From positions 162,626,001-162,690,000 of the forward strand of contig NC_086102.1 in the NCBI RefSeq assembly GCF_963921235.1: 64,000 nucleotides of DNA, in the 5' to 3' direction. Positions 49,301 through 63,145 of the stretch are shown in pieces. Under the pieces are notes generated by a model. It was not told the DNA's origin and did no database searches. It saw only the letters and a program-made list of their open reading frames with translations. Both the position numbers and the translations under genes were made by a program. Positions within the stretch are counted from its first letter, which is position 1; every line of letters starts with the position of its first letter. The stretch comes from Mobula hypostoma. Taxonomy: Eukaryota.

Positions 49301-51398
49301 CCATTTGTAGGTAGGCCTCAGCTCAGTCCACTTCGCTGAAGTATATCTCTCTAGAAAGGTTTACGAAGATATCGTCTATCTTGGGCAGAGGATATTGATC
49401 TGCTTTCAGTGCAGGGTTGATGGTGACATTAAAGTCACCACAGTTCCCGACAGACCCATTCTTGGCATTGCCCCATGGGCTCCGCTCAGCTGTGCAAGGA
49501 ATTTCTTCAACCTCCAAGCGATCTAGCTCACTGGCTACTTTGTCATGGATGGTAGAAGGGAATGGACAGACTTTACAAAACTTTTAATTTAACGCTATTT
49601 TACCCTTGATATGTTTGAGTTTTCCAATGCCGTCATTGAACACTGCTTTGGCATCATCCAGTACCTTGCTTAATTTGTATCCAGTTGATGCTGTTACAGG
49701 GATGTCACATGCAAATGGTTGATAAATCTCCCAACAAGTTGTAGTTGTCTCAGCCAACCACACCCTCATAATGCTGTTCCCGCACCCCCCCCGCCATTTT
49801 TACCACATACGAGCCCAATGTGGCATGTTGGTTGTTGTATTTTACTGTTACGAATGTCATTCTTACAGGAGTTACCTTTTCTCCAGAATAGATTTTTAGT
49901 TGGATATCTGCAGATTTCAGTTTAGTACCTATTTGAAATGCTGTTCAAACTCATTTTGTGGAATCACTGAAACAGCTGAGCCAGTGTCCAGTTCCATTTT
50001 AAATAATTTGCTGTTCACTTCTGGTATAAGCCGTATCGCTTGCTTCTTGTTAGTCTTCACATCATAAATCTCAAGGCTATCCAGTCCTGTGTCATTCTCA
50101 TCATTATCAGGTTTTTCACCAACACCGTGCAGATTGGGGCTCTTTTTGAAATTGTAGCTTGACTTTATCTTTTTCTCTACCCTGTGCAGTCCATTTATTT
50201 TTGTCTGCCTGACATGCTCTTTGAATGTGTCCTACTTTGTTGCATTTTCTGTAAGTTTACCTTTAAATCTGCATTGGTCTGCTGTATGTGAGCCCCTGCC
50301 ACAATGGTAACATATTTTTTTGGTCAGGCTGGTTTCTGTTTGGACATTGCAATGTTGTTCATGTTTACTTTCAAATCAATTGTATCTCTGTCAGCTGCTT
50401 CCATTGATACAGCTAATTCAATTGCTCTTTTAAGTGTAAGTTGTGCTTCAGTTAGGAGTCATTTTTGAATGCTTTCTTGTAAGATTCTACACACTGTATG
50501 ATCTGTCAGTGGCCCACTGAATTGACAATGCTCAGATAATCTCTTCAATTCAGCCGCATACTGTATGCTGGAATGGACTCCCCTTCATTTTGATTCCGCA
50601 TATGAAGCCTAAAATGTTCTGCAATCAACTATGGTTTGGTTCTTAGTGTTCTTGTTTTACTTTCATGCTCTCAGTAAAGCTAATTTTGGCTAGTTTGATT
50701 GGAGCAGTTAAGCTTCAGAGCAAACTATATGCCTTTAAACCCAACACACTCGGCAACAGTGGTACTCGTTTCTCATTGGCTATTTAATTTGCCTTAAGAT
50801 ACTGCTCAATCATTTCTGTATATAATATCCAGTTATCTGTTGTGTAACCAAACACCTCAACCTTTTTAATGTGGCCAGCCAATTCTGCTCTTCTTTTTAA
50901 TGATTATTATCACCTGATACTCACTGCTTATGAACCCTTGAATTTGGTCTATTTTATGCTTTTTTCTTTAAACTTGAATGTCTTCTCCTCCAGAAGAAGC
51001 ACATGCAGTGCTGTTTTTTTTTTACTCAACCATTTCTCCCTGTGCCGTTTTAAAAAAATTCAACCATTTCTTGCAGCGCTTTTCTTAAATTCAAACTTCT
51101 TGCTGTGCTTCAATAGGTAGGTGGTAGTCTTGGGTTTGTTTTAAAATTCCTTGTCACCACTGTTATGCTTTGCAAACCCAAAACATCAAACTAATTGAAT
51201 GGAAAAGACGGGAGTCCAAAATATGAGTCTAACTTGGTTTTTTAATTTAAGTGATGCACGCATGTATGATGTGGTGGCGTGATGATGTATTCCATTCACG
51301 TACTTTTACATATAACCCATAACAAATTATTTAAATGAACAAAGAATGCTGAATCAACAACATATTTACAATATTATTGAAATATTAAATACATAACA
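46360..51398 (-). mobile_element. Decayed Gypsy (K02A2.6-like) LTR retrotransposon with nested insertions
   Basis: LTR tgttatg...cataaca at 51161-51398, with a related split copy at 46360-46534 and ~47980-48008. PBS-like tggtgacaagg. Protease MELDTGSAV (~49970-49997). RT motifs CGDFNVTINP, YPLPKIDD and xLDDIIVT, plus LQSFLGLVNYY. Confidence 0.85.
48009..48510 (-). mobile_element. RTE-clade LINE 3' end
   Basis: RWAGHVIRMPD..IPKQLL.GEL, GGQKKRYKD, and a C-terminal CCHH finger (CPTC...HLRTH-like). Confidence 0.85.
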
Positions 51399-54099
51399 CT
51401 AAGTTACTCTGGCATTTTGTGTGTGTTCGTCACACAAGCCTGAACCCATAAGATGTTGTTGTGGCTTGTAGTCAAACTGTGTTCAGTACCATCCCTAAGT
51501 TCCTTGGAGTTATTTTTTGCTTTATTAGAGGCACTATATAAACATTTTTCAGAATCAGGTTTATCACCACCGGTGCGTGTCTTGAAATTTGTTAACTTAG
51601 CAGCAGCAGTACAATGCAATACATGATAGTATAGAAGGAAAAAAGCCAAAAAAAGGAAATAAATAAATCAATTACAGTAAGTACACAAATTTATATTGAA
51701 TAGATTAAAAATAGTGCAAATACAGAAATAATATATATTAAAAAAAGTGAGGTTGTGTTCATGGATTCAATGTCCATTTAGGGATTGTACGGCAGAGGAG
51801 AAGAAACTGTTTCTGAATTGATGAGTGTGTGCCTTCAGGCGTCTGTACCTCCTTCCTGATGGTAATAATGACAAGAAGGGAGATGTCCTGGGAGATGGGG
51901 GTCTGTAATAGTGGATGTCGCCTTTCTAAGGCACTGCTCCTTGAAGATGCCTTGGATACTATGGGGGCTAAAACCCCAGATGGAACTGACTAATTTTACA
52001 ACTTTCTGTAGCTTGTTTCATTTCTGTGCAGCCCCCCCCCCCACCACCACCACCTGCACCCCTCTGTCCCAGACGGTGATGCAGCCTGTCGGAATGCTGT
52101 TCACAGTACATCTATAGAAGTTTTCAAATGCTTTAGTTGACAAACTCCTGATGAAATATAGTTGCTGTTTTGCTTTCTTTATAGCTGTTCGATATGTTGG
52201 GAATTTTAACTTCTGTTGTTGGCAAAAGTATAAGGTTTTGCCCAATTTTTACTTGAAGAAATATACTAGATGTAGCATGTAATGTTCCTATCTACTGTCT
52301 TTTAAACATTACTGTGGAACTTTATGAGCATAATAACAAGAATCATTTTTTTTACCGTTCAAAATTTGTCCCCATATTAATGAGTGATTATGTACTCTGC
52401 TCATATGAGATTCTTTGTTGCTGTGCTAACAAAAGTATTACATTAGTTATTTTAATTTAGGTATGACTATACTAATAGTGGCTTTAATACAGATGTATGT
52501 TTGACTAATAGAATTGAGTGTTTTGGTGAGATAACAGCAAAAGGAGTATAAAGCAACCCACACAAAATGCTGGAGAAACTCAGCAGGTCAGGCAGTATCT
52601 ATGGAAATGAATAGTTGATGTTTTGGGTTGAGACCCATTTTTCAGGACTGGAAAGGAAGACATCAGAAAGGGGTACAAAGGGAGTACAATGTTGTGTGTA
52701 TGAATTTGCAGAAATGATTTTCAAAGACTCACACAAGAGCCTGATAAATGTAACTGAGTCTCATCACATGAAGGAGTCAGTGGCAACGTGAATACAGGAC
52801 TGGGTTGAGGAAAAAGTGCAGTGTCAAAGGAATTTCAGTTTCACGTTGAAGTATAGTAGACCAGAGCTCCCAGCAGTCAGTGCTGGGCAGCTGCTTCTTT
52901 TTAAATGAATATAATAAGATTGAGGGGTGTATAGAGTGAAATATTGCAGATGCTGCCAGATAAAATGAGGATGATTTTCATAAACTCCAAGGGGACATAG
53001 GACATTTAACAGAATGAAACTGAACATAGAAAACTGGAAATTATATATTTAACATGAACAAGGGGAGTGAATGCAGAAAGCAGAATGCACTTTGACCTTT
53101 GAATATGACAGAATATATTTAGAAGGTTAAGAAAAGAGATCCTGTGTTCCATAAATAGAGTACATGAGCAAATAGGTTATACTGAATCTTTATAAAACAC
53201 AGATTAGGCCCGAATTGTAGTTCTGCTCACTACATGATAGGAAATAAAGACCCCAGAAGTAACACAAAAGGGATCGGTTCCAGAGTTGAGGGATTATGAC
53301 TGAAAGGTTAGACAGGAGAGACGATATTGTTCACTTTGGAGCAAAAGAGGCTGAAAGTGGATTCGGTGGAAGTACAAAATCTTGAAGGATTTAGGTAGGA
53401 TAAACAGAGAGGAGCAGTTTCTATCAGTTGATGTCTGAAAGACTAAGAAAAACAATACAGACTGGATGTGCAGAATTTAATTTTACAGATAGAGTGATCG
53501 GAAACTTGCTGCATGTATGGGTGACAGAAACAGAGTTATATCTTAGAAAAGAGAATTAGATAGGCACTTGGGTGAGAATAATTTACAGTGCTACAAAGGA
53601 AGGAAATGGAATAAGCCATACAAAATTGCTCTGCAGAAAGCTGGCATGAAAATGATAGGCTGAATGGCCTGTTCCTGTATTAATATGCTCCCCTAACTCC
53701 ATAATTATCGTAAGAATTATAGAAAGGGACATTTCTAACTTCTTGCTCCTACTGTGTGTTGTGACTGAGTAAGCTGAGCCACACCAAGGCTGTAAATGGA
53801 AGATATAAAAATCGATTCACACAGCAGATCTGCTGGAGAAAGATAATCTCACTCTCCTGACAATGCTTTATACTTTTAAACACAACGATGACAACAAATG
53901 ATAAACTACAGTTTCAATGGCTATAATCACTTGACATTAACATTCTGAATATAATCAGGTAACTTTACAGATTTACTTATTTGCAATGGTAGCACACCCA
54001 AGTAACAAAACCCCTTTGAACATTCAAACAGGCATCTGTTTTGAAAGTTTCTGACAGAAAACCCAGACACCCGAAATATACCCCGTTTGTTATAGTTTT

Positions 54100-56800
54100 G
54101 AAGACTAGCTCCCAGTACTTGGCCCTGCAAGTGGCCTGAGTGCTACACTTGCCCATTCACCTCCTCCCTCACCTCCAATCAGGGTCCCATACAGTCCTTC
54201 CAGCTGTGAATCTGCTGGGGTTTTCTACTGAGACCAGTGCTCCCGATGCAGCCTCCTCTACGTTGGTGAGACCCGTCGTAAAGTGGAGAACTGCTTCGTC
54301 AAGCACCTCCGCTCCATTGACAAAAGCGGAACTTCCCAGTGACCCAACATTTTAATTCTGATTCCTATTCCCTTCGGACATGTTGGTCCATGGCCTTTTC
54401 TTGTACCACAATGAGGCCACCCTCAGGGTGGAGGAGCAACACCCTATACTCTGTCTGGGTAGCCTCCAACCTGATGGCCTGAATATCAATTCCTCCTTCC
54501 GGTAAATTTTTTTCCCTCCCCCTCCCCTCTTCTTCTATTCCCCACTCTGGCTTCGTATCCTACCCACCTGCCTGTCACTTCCCCCTGGATCCCCTCCTCC
54601 TTATCTTTCTCCTATGGTCCACTCTCCTCTCCTATCAGATTCTTTCATCTCCATCTCTTTGCCTTTCCCATCACCTTCAAGTTATCCTTCTCTCCCTCCT
54701 CCCAACCTTTTAATTCTGGCATCTTCCCCTTCTTTTCCAGTCCTGATGAGGAGTCTCGGCCCAAAACGTCGACTGTTTATTCATTTCCATAGATGCTGCC
54801 TGGCCTGCTGAGTTTCTCCAGCATTTTGTGCGTGTAGCTCTGGATTTCCAGCATCTGCAGAATTTCATGTGTCCCAGTTTATTAAGTGACAAAACAGATC
54901 TGTCACTTAACGCTTTCCTTGATCTCATTCTGAAGTTTTCAATAACCACCAATTAACAACATTACCATCAAACCCGTCGACAAAGGCGGTGCTGTTGTTA
55001 TGCGGTGGACTGACCTCTACCTTGCTGAGGCAAGGCAGCAACTCTCAGACACCACCTCAGACCTACCCCTTGAAGAAGATTCCACTCTGGACCATCAGAA
55101 AACTGTTTCCAACACCATCACTGACCTCGATCAACTCTGGAGAACTCCCATCCACTGCCACCAAACTTATAGTTCCCTTCCCCCACACTGCTCGCTTCTA
55201 CCTCCTATCCAAGATCCACAACCTGACTGTTCAGGTTGGCCTATTGTCTCTGCCTGGTCCTGCCCCAGTGAACTTGTATCCTCATGCCTTGATTCCATTT
55301 TATCCTCCTTGGTTCAGTCCCTTCCCTCCTACCTCAATGACACTTCTCATGCTCTCGATCTGCTCTTCAGTTCCCTCGCCCTGACTGCCTCATTTTCACC
55401 ATGGATGTCCAGTTCCTACACACTTCTATCCCCCCACCAAGAAGGCCTTAAAGCTTTCCGTTTCTTTCTCAATAAAAGAACCAATCAGTTTCCTTCCACC
55501 ACCATTCTCCTCCATCTGGCAGAACTGCTCCTCACTCTCAACAATTTTTCCATCGGCTCTTCCCACTCTGTCTAGGATCGAGGGCGGCCATGGATCCAGC
55601 TATGCCTGCTTTCTCGTTGGCTACTTAGAACAGTCCGTGTTCCAAGCGTTTCCTGGTAATTCTCCACAACTCTTCCCCCACTGAATGGATGACTGCATTG
55701 GTGCTGCTTCATGCACCCGTGCTGAATGCATCAATTTCATCAACTTTACCTCTAACTTCCACCCTGCCCTTACATTCGCTTGGGCCATTCCTGACACGTC
55801 ACCTTTCTTGATCTCTCTCTCTATCTGTGGAGACAAACTGTCGACCAACATCTCTTATAAATCCTGATTTGATTCCCACGGTTAAAGCAACACACACAAA
55901 ATGCCGGAGGAACTCAGCAGGCTAGGCAACATCTACGGAAAAGAGTACAGTCAACCTTTTGGGCCGAAATCCTTCACAGGCCCTCAAGCATTTTTGTGTG
56001 TTGCTTGGCATTTCTAGCACCAGCAGATTTTCTCTTCTTTCTGATTGGATTCCCACAGTTACCTTGACTATGCCTCTTCCCATACTGTCTACTGTGGAAA
56101 TGCTATTCCCTATGCTTTTGTCTCTGCTGCATCTGTTCCCAGGATGAGGCTTTCCTTTCCAGAACATCAGAGATGTCCTCATTCTCCAAAGAATGGGGTT
56201 TTCATTTTTCCACCATTGATGCTGCCCTTACCTGCATCTGCTCTATTTCCTGAACATTGGTTCTCACCCCATCTTCCTGCTGCCTCAACGGTGATAGAGT
56301 TCCTCTTGTTCTCACCTACAACCCCATGAGCCTCCACATCCAACACATCATTTTCCACAACCTCCACCATACCATCTCCGAAGGGTTACTACTATCAAGC
56401 CTATCTTTACCTCTCCCCCCACCCCACTTTCCACAGGGTTCACTCCCTCCGTGATTACCTTGTCCATTTGTCCCTCCACACTAATCTCCCTCCTGGCACT
56501 GATCCCTGTAGGTGGCCAAAGTACTACACCTGCCCATTCACCTCCTCCCTCACCTTCATTCAGGGCCCCAAACAGTCTTCATCTGCCAATTTGCTGCTGT
56601 CGTCTATTGTGTCCAGTGCTCCTGATGCAACCTCCTCTACATTGGTGAGATGCGTAGTAAATATTGATTTCTCCTTCTGGTAAAATAAAATTTCCCTCCC
56701 CTCCCCTCTTCTTCTATTCCCCACTCTGGCCTCTTACCTCTTCTCACTTGACCATCACCTTTCCTTGGGTCTCCTCTTTCTCCCCTTTCTCCTCTCCTAT
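54100..56800 (+). mobile_element. Penelope-like element: upstream pLTR followed by degraded RT and GIY-YIG ORF (tandem arrangement)
   Basis: IKPVDKGGAVV, RFYLLSKIH, PIVSA, DDCIG and IQGPKQ motifs. Hammerhead-like motif at 54738-54775 with G12>A. Confidence 0.85.
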
Positions 56801-56806
56801 CAAATC

Positions 56807-57600
56807 AGGTCATGTTTAATTATCATTCAAACCATACGTAGATACAGTCAAATGAATCAGTGTTCCTCTGGGGCCAGGTTGCATAACGTACATTCAAAAT
56901 AGAGAATGAAGAAAGACACACATCATTATGCAAGAAAACACATGTATAGTCCAAGACCCTGAGCGACATGCAAGTTCGTGGTACAGCTCCGGGCAGTCCT
57001 GCCTGTCATTCCATTGGTCAGACATATGGTCAGCACGATGGAATAGGCCAGCTGCCAAACGAGCACAGATGCCATGCTCTACTGCCTCCGGCATCTCCTC
57101 AACTGGACTGCAGCACAGGCTTGCCTGCAGTTTGAGGCCTAGTCCTCCGTACAGCCAAGGCCATGCTGCCGCCTCGTTGTCTGTCTCACTACCAAACTAG
57201 GGAAACAGGACTGCGGCACCGCACGTTATCCATGTCCAATAGAGTTTTGCAATCGCAAGAGAAATGTCCAAAACAGTCCCTTGCGGTTACGCTGCATACT
57301 GTTTCGCGTATCAGACCCGATGTCTTCGAGCAGCAGCGACACAGTCTGCACGCAGGTCAGCTTCTCTGAACACTCTCGGGCCCGAGCGCCGGCCTCTCCT
57401 TTGCCACCCCGGCAGGCTGCTCTGAACAACGAGCAGATTGCTGATGAGGTAGGCCTGCTGTACCTATTGTTTTTGGAGTCCAGTGTAGTCTTACAATAAT
57501 AAAAAAAAATCATTTTAAAAAGGAAGGTACACCCTTGGTTGGCCCCTGAGAGGCTGCTGCATTCAAAGGTGCTGCCATTTTACCAGAAGGGTAAGGGTAC
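56807..57600 (-). mobile_element. Short non-autonomous LINE derivative with CpG-rich 5' region and LINE-type 3' tail
   Basis: The tail matches 33710-33790. AAAATGGC lies near the 5' end. It interrupts a Penelope pLTR that resumes at ~57608. Confidence 0.5.
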
Positions 57601-58419
57601 TGGAGGGGTATCAGATTCCTTCCTCTCCAGCTCTTTACCCTTCCTACCTACCTGGCTTCACCTATCACCTTCTGATTATCCTCCTTTCCCTTCCCCCATC
57701 TTTTTAATCTGACATCTTCCCCCTTCCTTTCCAGTCCTGAAGAAGTGTCTCGGCCCAAAACATTGACTGTTATTCATTTCCATAGATCCTGCCTGACCTG
57801 TTGAGTTCCTCCAGCATTTCGTGTTGCTATGAACATTTATCTATTGTCTTCAGCTGCATAGTTTCAATAGGACAGAATCAGAATGTCCTACAGACAATGA
57901 TTGGTTTCAGTAGCCTTAAAGTATCAGTTGAAGTTAAATTGTGAACAGATTGGTTCTCATTTTAACTAATACATAACTATGCTTTGGATAGTTTCATTAC
58001 TCCAGAAGAATCTTTAACATTGTGGAGGCAATTGAATAGATGAAAGATTATAGCAAGTAACCAGCCTGTTCTCACACTTCAGTTCCTAATATAAATATCT
58101 CTTATATGCTTGTACCAGGAGTACTGAATTATGGATTTTATTTCAAAATATTAATAACACCATCTGTAATTTCTAGAGTTTATTGCACTCTCCACCAATT
58201 CATCACTTTGAACATGCCTGGAAATATCTAGTAGGAATGCTTTTAATTTCAAATTATACTGAGGTTATGTGCCTACATAGTTATGGTCATCATAATATAC
58301 AGTAAGTGTGGTTCTCAAAGGGCAGATTGTGTGGTGGCTTAACAGGGACAAGTGGTAAATGTGGAACAGGATGACAGGGACAATGTTGCAGTAGTAATCT
58401 TGTGGTATCATTTCCTTAC

Positions 58420-58560
58420 AATGCCAGGCCCCTTGGGTATCCTATCTTCTCAAGCGTTTCTTCCTGGAACATATCAGGCAGAATGTTAAGGGTGGTCATG
58501 TTCAGTTTCTGGGTCACCTTCCATTCTTTTTGGTTGCTTGAATCATTTCCCTTCCGCAGC
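58420..58560 (-). CDS. Candidate 141-nt symmetric coding exon (LRKGNDSSNQKEWKVTQKLNMTTLNILPDMFQEETLEKIGYPRGLA)
   Basis: Acceptor gtcctttctaaag, donor gtaagg, single open frame, length divisible by 3, unique sequence. The protein is not recognised. Confidence 0.45.
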
Positions 58561-59484
58561 CTTTAGAAAGGACATTAATTATTGGAAGTGGAATTATTGT
58601 CACACTTGTCACATTTACTGAGGTACAGTGAAAAGACTGCCTTGCATGCTCTTCATATAGATCAATTCATTAAACAGTGTATTGAGGTAGTCAAAAATCA
58701 GAATCAGCTTATCAGTCTTTGCTACAGAGAATGTACAGTGTAGGCAGACAATAAGCTGCAATTTCATAATGATTGTGAGATTGTGGGTCCATCTGATCAT
58801 ACAAAGGAACTATTCAAAAGCAGGATAAAAGGTCCTCAAGCTTAGTGGTGTGTGCTTGCAGACTTTCTATCTTTTGCCCGATGGAAGAGGGGAGAACAAA
58901 CTACTTCAGGCTCTCAAACCTGTCTTTTTCATCCATTTACCTTTGAGTGTCCGATGAATCTCCCAAGCAGCCCCTACAGCAATATTTAAACATTCCTTTG
59001 CATATAAAGATTTCCTTTATCTTTCCCGGTCAGATAATGCTTGCAGGGAAGGCATCAAGACCCATCAAATGACCTGAGCAAGTGCACTGACGCAATGTCA
59101 GACCCACTATTGTTAATGTCTGATGAAATATAGTGATTCTCGGTCCCCTGTAGTCAACGTCTGTATGAAATGCAGTGATTCTGTCAGGAGCCTTTGAGAA
59201 AGCCTCCTCTACACCAATAACAGTCAGATGCAAACTGGTACATTAATTTTGCTGCCAATACTGCACAGAGGAAACCGCACAGCTGGAGGTGAGATTAATT
59301 TTGGTAAGGATGCCTCTGAAGTTAAGTAGGTTGCTAATTGTTCTGCATAACCAAAGGCTGAAGTTTCAGAAGAAAACAGCTACCTGAGGAATTGTACCTA
59401 AGTAGAGGAATTTAATTGCATACTCAACTTCCTCATCAGCAGACTTCAATCAATGAGGGCTAGTACTAACATCTCCTCCTCACC

Positions 59485-60700
59485 GATCAAAGTTCAAATT
59501 AAATTAATTATTAAAAGTATTAGAGTGTGTATAAGTCACCATATACTAAATTGAGATTTTTTTGCATGCATTCTCAGGAAAACAAAGCAATACGATACAA
59601 TTAATGAACAAATACACACAAATAAGGACTGACAAACAACCAAGGTGCAAAAGAAGACAAACTGTGCAAATAAAAAACTTATACATAATATGGAGATAAA
59701 TAAATAAAGAGTTGTTGAGTCTTTGAAAGAGAATCCATAGGTTGTGGAATCTGTTTAGAGTTGAGGTGAGTGAAGTTATCCATGTTGGTTCAGGAGCCTG
59801 ATGGTTATAGGGTAATAACTGTTCCTGAACCTGGTGACGTGGGTCCTGAGGTTCCTGTATCACCTTCCTGATGGCAGCAAGAAGAGAGCATGGACTGGGT
59901 GGTGGGGTCCTCGATGAGAGATGCTGCTTTCTTGTGGCAGCGCTCCTTGGAGATGTGCTGTGTGGTGGGGAGGGCTTTGCCTGTGATGGGTGGGGCTGTA
60001 TCCACTACTTTTAGTAGACTTTTCCATTCTTGGGCATCAGTGTTTCCATACCAGACTGTGATGTATTCAGTCAGGATACTCTCCACTGTGCATCTGTAGA
60101 AGTTTGTCAAAGTTTGAGATGACATGCAGAATCTGTGTAAACTTCTAAGAAAGTAGAGGTGCTGCTGAACCTGCTTCGAAATGCTATGTACTTGCTTGTC
60201 CCTGGACAGATCATCTGACATGGTAACACCAAAAAAACTAACGTTACTAACCCTCTCCACATTCAATCCCCTAATGAGATCTGGCTCATGGACCTCTGAC
60301 TTCTTCCTCCTGTGGTCAATAACCAGCTCTTTGGTTTTGCTGATGTTGAGTGAGAGGTTGTTGTTGTTTCACCATTCAACCGGATTTTCAATCTCTCTGC
60401 TATATGCCAATTCATCACCACCTTTGATTTGGCCAACAACTTCGGTGTCATCAGCAAACTTAGATATGGCATTGGAGCTGTACTTGGGCACACAGTGTAA
60501 AGTGTAAAGCAAGTAGAGCAGGGGGCTAAGCACACAGCCCTGTGGTGCACCTGTGCTGATAGAGATTGCGGAGGAGATGTTGACAATTCATACTGACTGA
60601 AGTCTGCAAGTGAGGAAATTGAGGATCCAATTGCACAGGGAGGTATTCAGGCCTAGCTGTTGGAACTTATTAATTAGCTTCCAGGGGATGATAGCATTGA
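59485..60700 (-). mobile_element. Rex1/Babar LINE RT C-terminus and 3' UTR
   Basis: QHLYFLRSL, NFYRCTVESILT, and KFADD-type remnants. Confidence 0.85.
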
Positions 60701-60846
60701 ATCATCAACACAGACCAGACGGAGCAAGATAGGACACCTGGTTGAGTGGTGCCTACTGGTCGAGTGTATTGGCTCCCCACATGAACGTGTCAAATGTGCT
60801 TTCCATGAGCAGTACCTTGGTATTCAACATTTGCATTATTTATTTA

Positions 60847-61355
60847 CACTCAGAGGCCAATGTGTTGGGTACACCTGTACATCTCGTTATTGCAGACATC
60901 TATTCAGCCAATGAAAAGTGTGCAGGCATTGTCAAGAGGTTCAGTTCTTGTTCAGACCTTACATCAGAAAGGGAAGAAATGTGATCTAAATGACTTCTGA
61001 CGTCTGAATGATTATTGGTGCCAGTTTGAGTAACTCAGAAGCTGCTGTTTTCCTGGAATTTTCACACACAACAGACTCCAGGGTTTACAGAGAGTGGTGC
61101 AAAAAGCCAAAAACATACAGGGAGCGGCAGTTCTGTGGAGTGAAAGAGGTCGGGGAGAATGGTCAGACTGGTTCAAGCTGACAGGAAGACAACTTAAGTA
61201 ACTCTCTGTTTCAACAGAGGTGTGCAGAAGAGCCTCTCTGAAGGCACAACATGTCGAACATTGAAGTGGATGGGCTACAGCAGCAGAAGGCCACAAATAG
61301 TCACTCAATGGCCACTTTATTAGGTACATACCTCTTGCACCTATTAAAGTGGCCA
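60847..61355 (+). mobile_element. Tc1/mariner-derived non-autonomous element
   Basis: ta|cactcagaggcca left end and tggccactttattaggtac / cctattaaagtggcca TIR-like sequences. SRVYREW and RTLKWMGYSSRRP transposase remnants. Confidence 0.7.
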
Positions 61356-61984
61356 TTTTCTATTTATTTTCTATCCTAAGTTGCCACTTAGTGTATTTTG
61401 TAACAGTGATTTTCATGTCTTGTATCATACTGTTACTGCAAAACAACAAATTTTGTGGCATATTGTCAGTGTTAATAAACCAGTTTCCGATTCTGATTCT
61501 GCTCTTTGCTCGTGTCATACCACTGAATCTCCACAAGATGGTGGAAGCTCCCTACTTTAAAAAACAGATCTTAAAGCATAATCAACTTACAATAATAAAT
61601 TCTATTTATTTATTCTAATACATTGTAACAGAGATGTACCAAACAATAATTTATTCTTTATATAGATGAAATAAAGAGTTACAACCTGCAGGTATTTTTA
61701 CATATGCCTATTCCACAAGAACCTGTAGTGTCTATATTTGTATGAAAATATATTTAGGCACTTCACAGAGTATAATCATTAAAAAATAGGCATCCAGGAA
61801 GGATTGAGGGGGGGTGCCAAAACACTTGGTCAATAAAATGACTTTTGTGGAGGATGCTAAAGGGTCAAAGGGAGGTGGAGCAACACATACAAAATGCTGG
61901 AGGAACTCAGCAGGTCAGGCAGCATTTGTGGAAGGAAATTACAGTTTGTGCAGTTCTGATCACCTAGCTACAGTAAAGATAGCA

Positions 61985-62465
61985 ATAAGATTGAAGGAGC
62001 ACAGAGAAAATTTACAAAGATTTTCCTGGGACCTGAGTTAGAGGAAAAGGTTGAATAAGTTAGGACTTTTCCATGGAGTGTTGGAGGATGATGGGAGGTT
62101 TGAAAGAGGTGTAAAAAATTCTGAGGGGTATACATAGGGTAAATGCAAGCAGGCTTTTTCCACTGAGGTTGGGTGAGACTAGAACTGGAGATTATAGGTT
62201 AAGGGTGAAAGGTGAAATATTTAATGGAGCACCTGAGGGGAATTTCTTCACTCAGAGGGTGGTGTAAGTGTGGAATGAACTGCCAGTGGAAGTGGTAGTT
62301 CTAGGCTCAATTGCAACATTTAAGAGAAGTTTGGATATGTACTTGGATGGGAGGGGTATGGAGAGCTTTGGTCCAGGTGCATACCGATGCTTCTAGGCAG
62401 AAAAACAGTTTGGCATAGACTAAATGGACCTTTTTTTTTGCTGTAGTACTCGATTACTCTATGAT
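61985..62465 (+). mobile_element. CR1 3' end fragment
   Basis: RGNFFTQRVV.VWNELP-like tail. Confidence 0.8.
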
Positions 62466-63145
62466 TCAAAATTAACAATTGATGTTTTTGGCCAAGAGCC
62501 TTCATCAAGACTGGAAAGGACAGGGACTGAAGGAGAATAAGAAGGTAGAAGTGGGAGGGCAGTACAAGCTAACAGGTGATAGGTGAGACCAGGTGAGGGA
62601 AGGTAGGTGGGTGGAGGAAGGGTGACGATGTGAGAAACTGGGAGATGATAAGCAGAGAGATAATTGGTTCAATGCTGGAATTCCAGAGACTAAAAGCAAG
62701 AGGGAAACAAAAGCAAATATTGAAGATGCAAGAATTCTGAAATAAAACCCAAAGTGAATGAAACAGTCAGCAGATTAGTCAGCACCTATGGACAGAGAAA
62801 CACAGTTAACCTTTCACCTTGGAGATCTTTGTTATCACTGGAAAAAGCTGGCATTAGGTAATTGAGAAGACAACGGCTGATAGAGGAGCAAAGTGTTGTT
62901 GATACAAGGGAAAAACACACAAAACCCAGTGAAAAAAGCTAGAGAATGAAACTGCAAATCTCTGAAGAAAATTAAACATGATCTTGGGATATTACAGTTT
63001 TGGCTTTGAGCCGAAGTCAAAATGAACAATGTAGGATAAAGTACAGGAAACAGATTTGTTTGATTTGTAGATAATGGAGACTGCACGATGGAAGATGTGG
63101 AGGGGGTGTGGTGAGGAGGGAGGGGTGACAATAGCATCAATGAAG

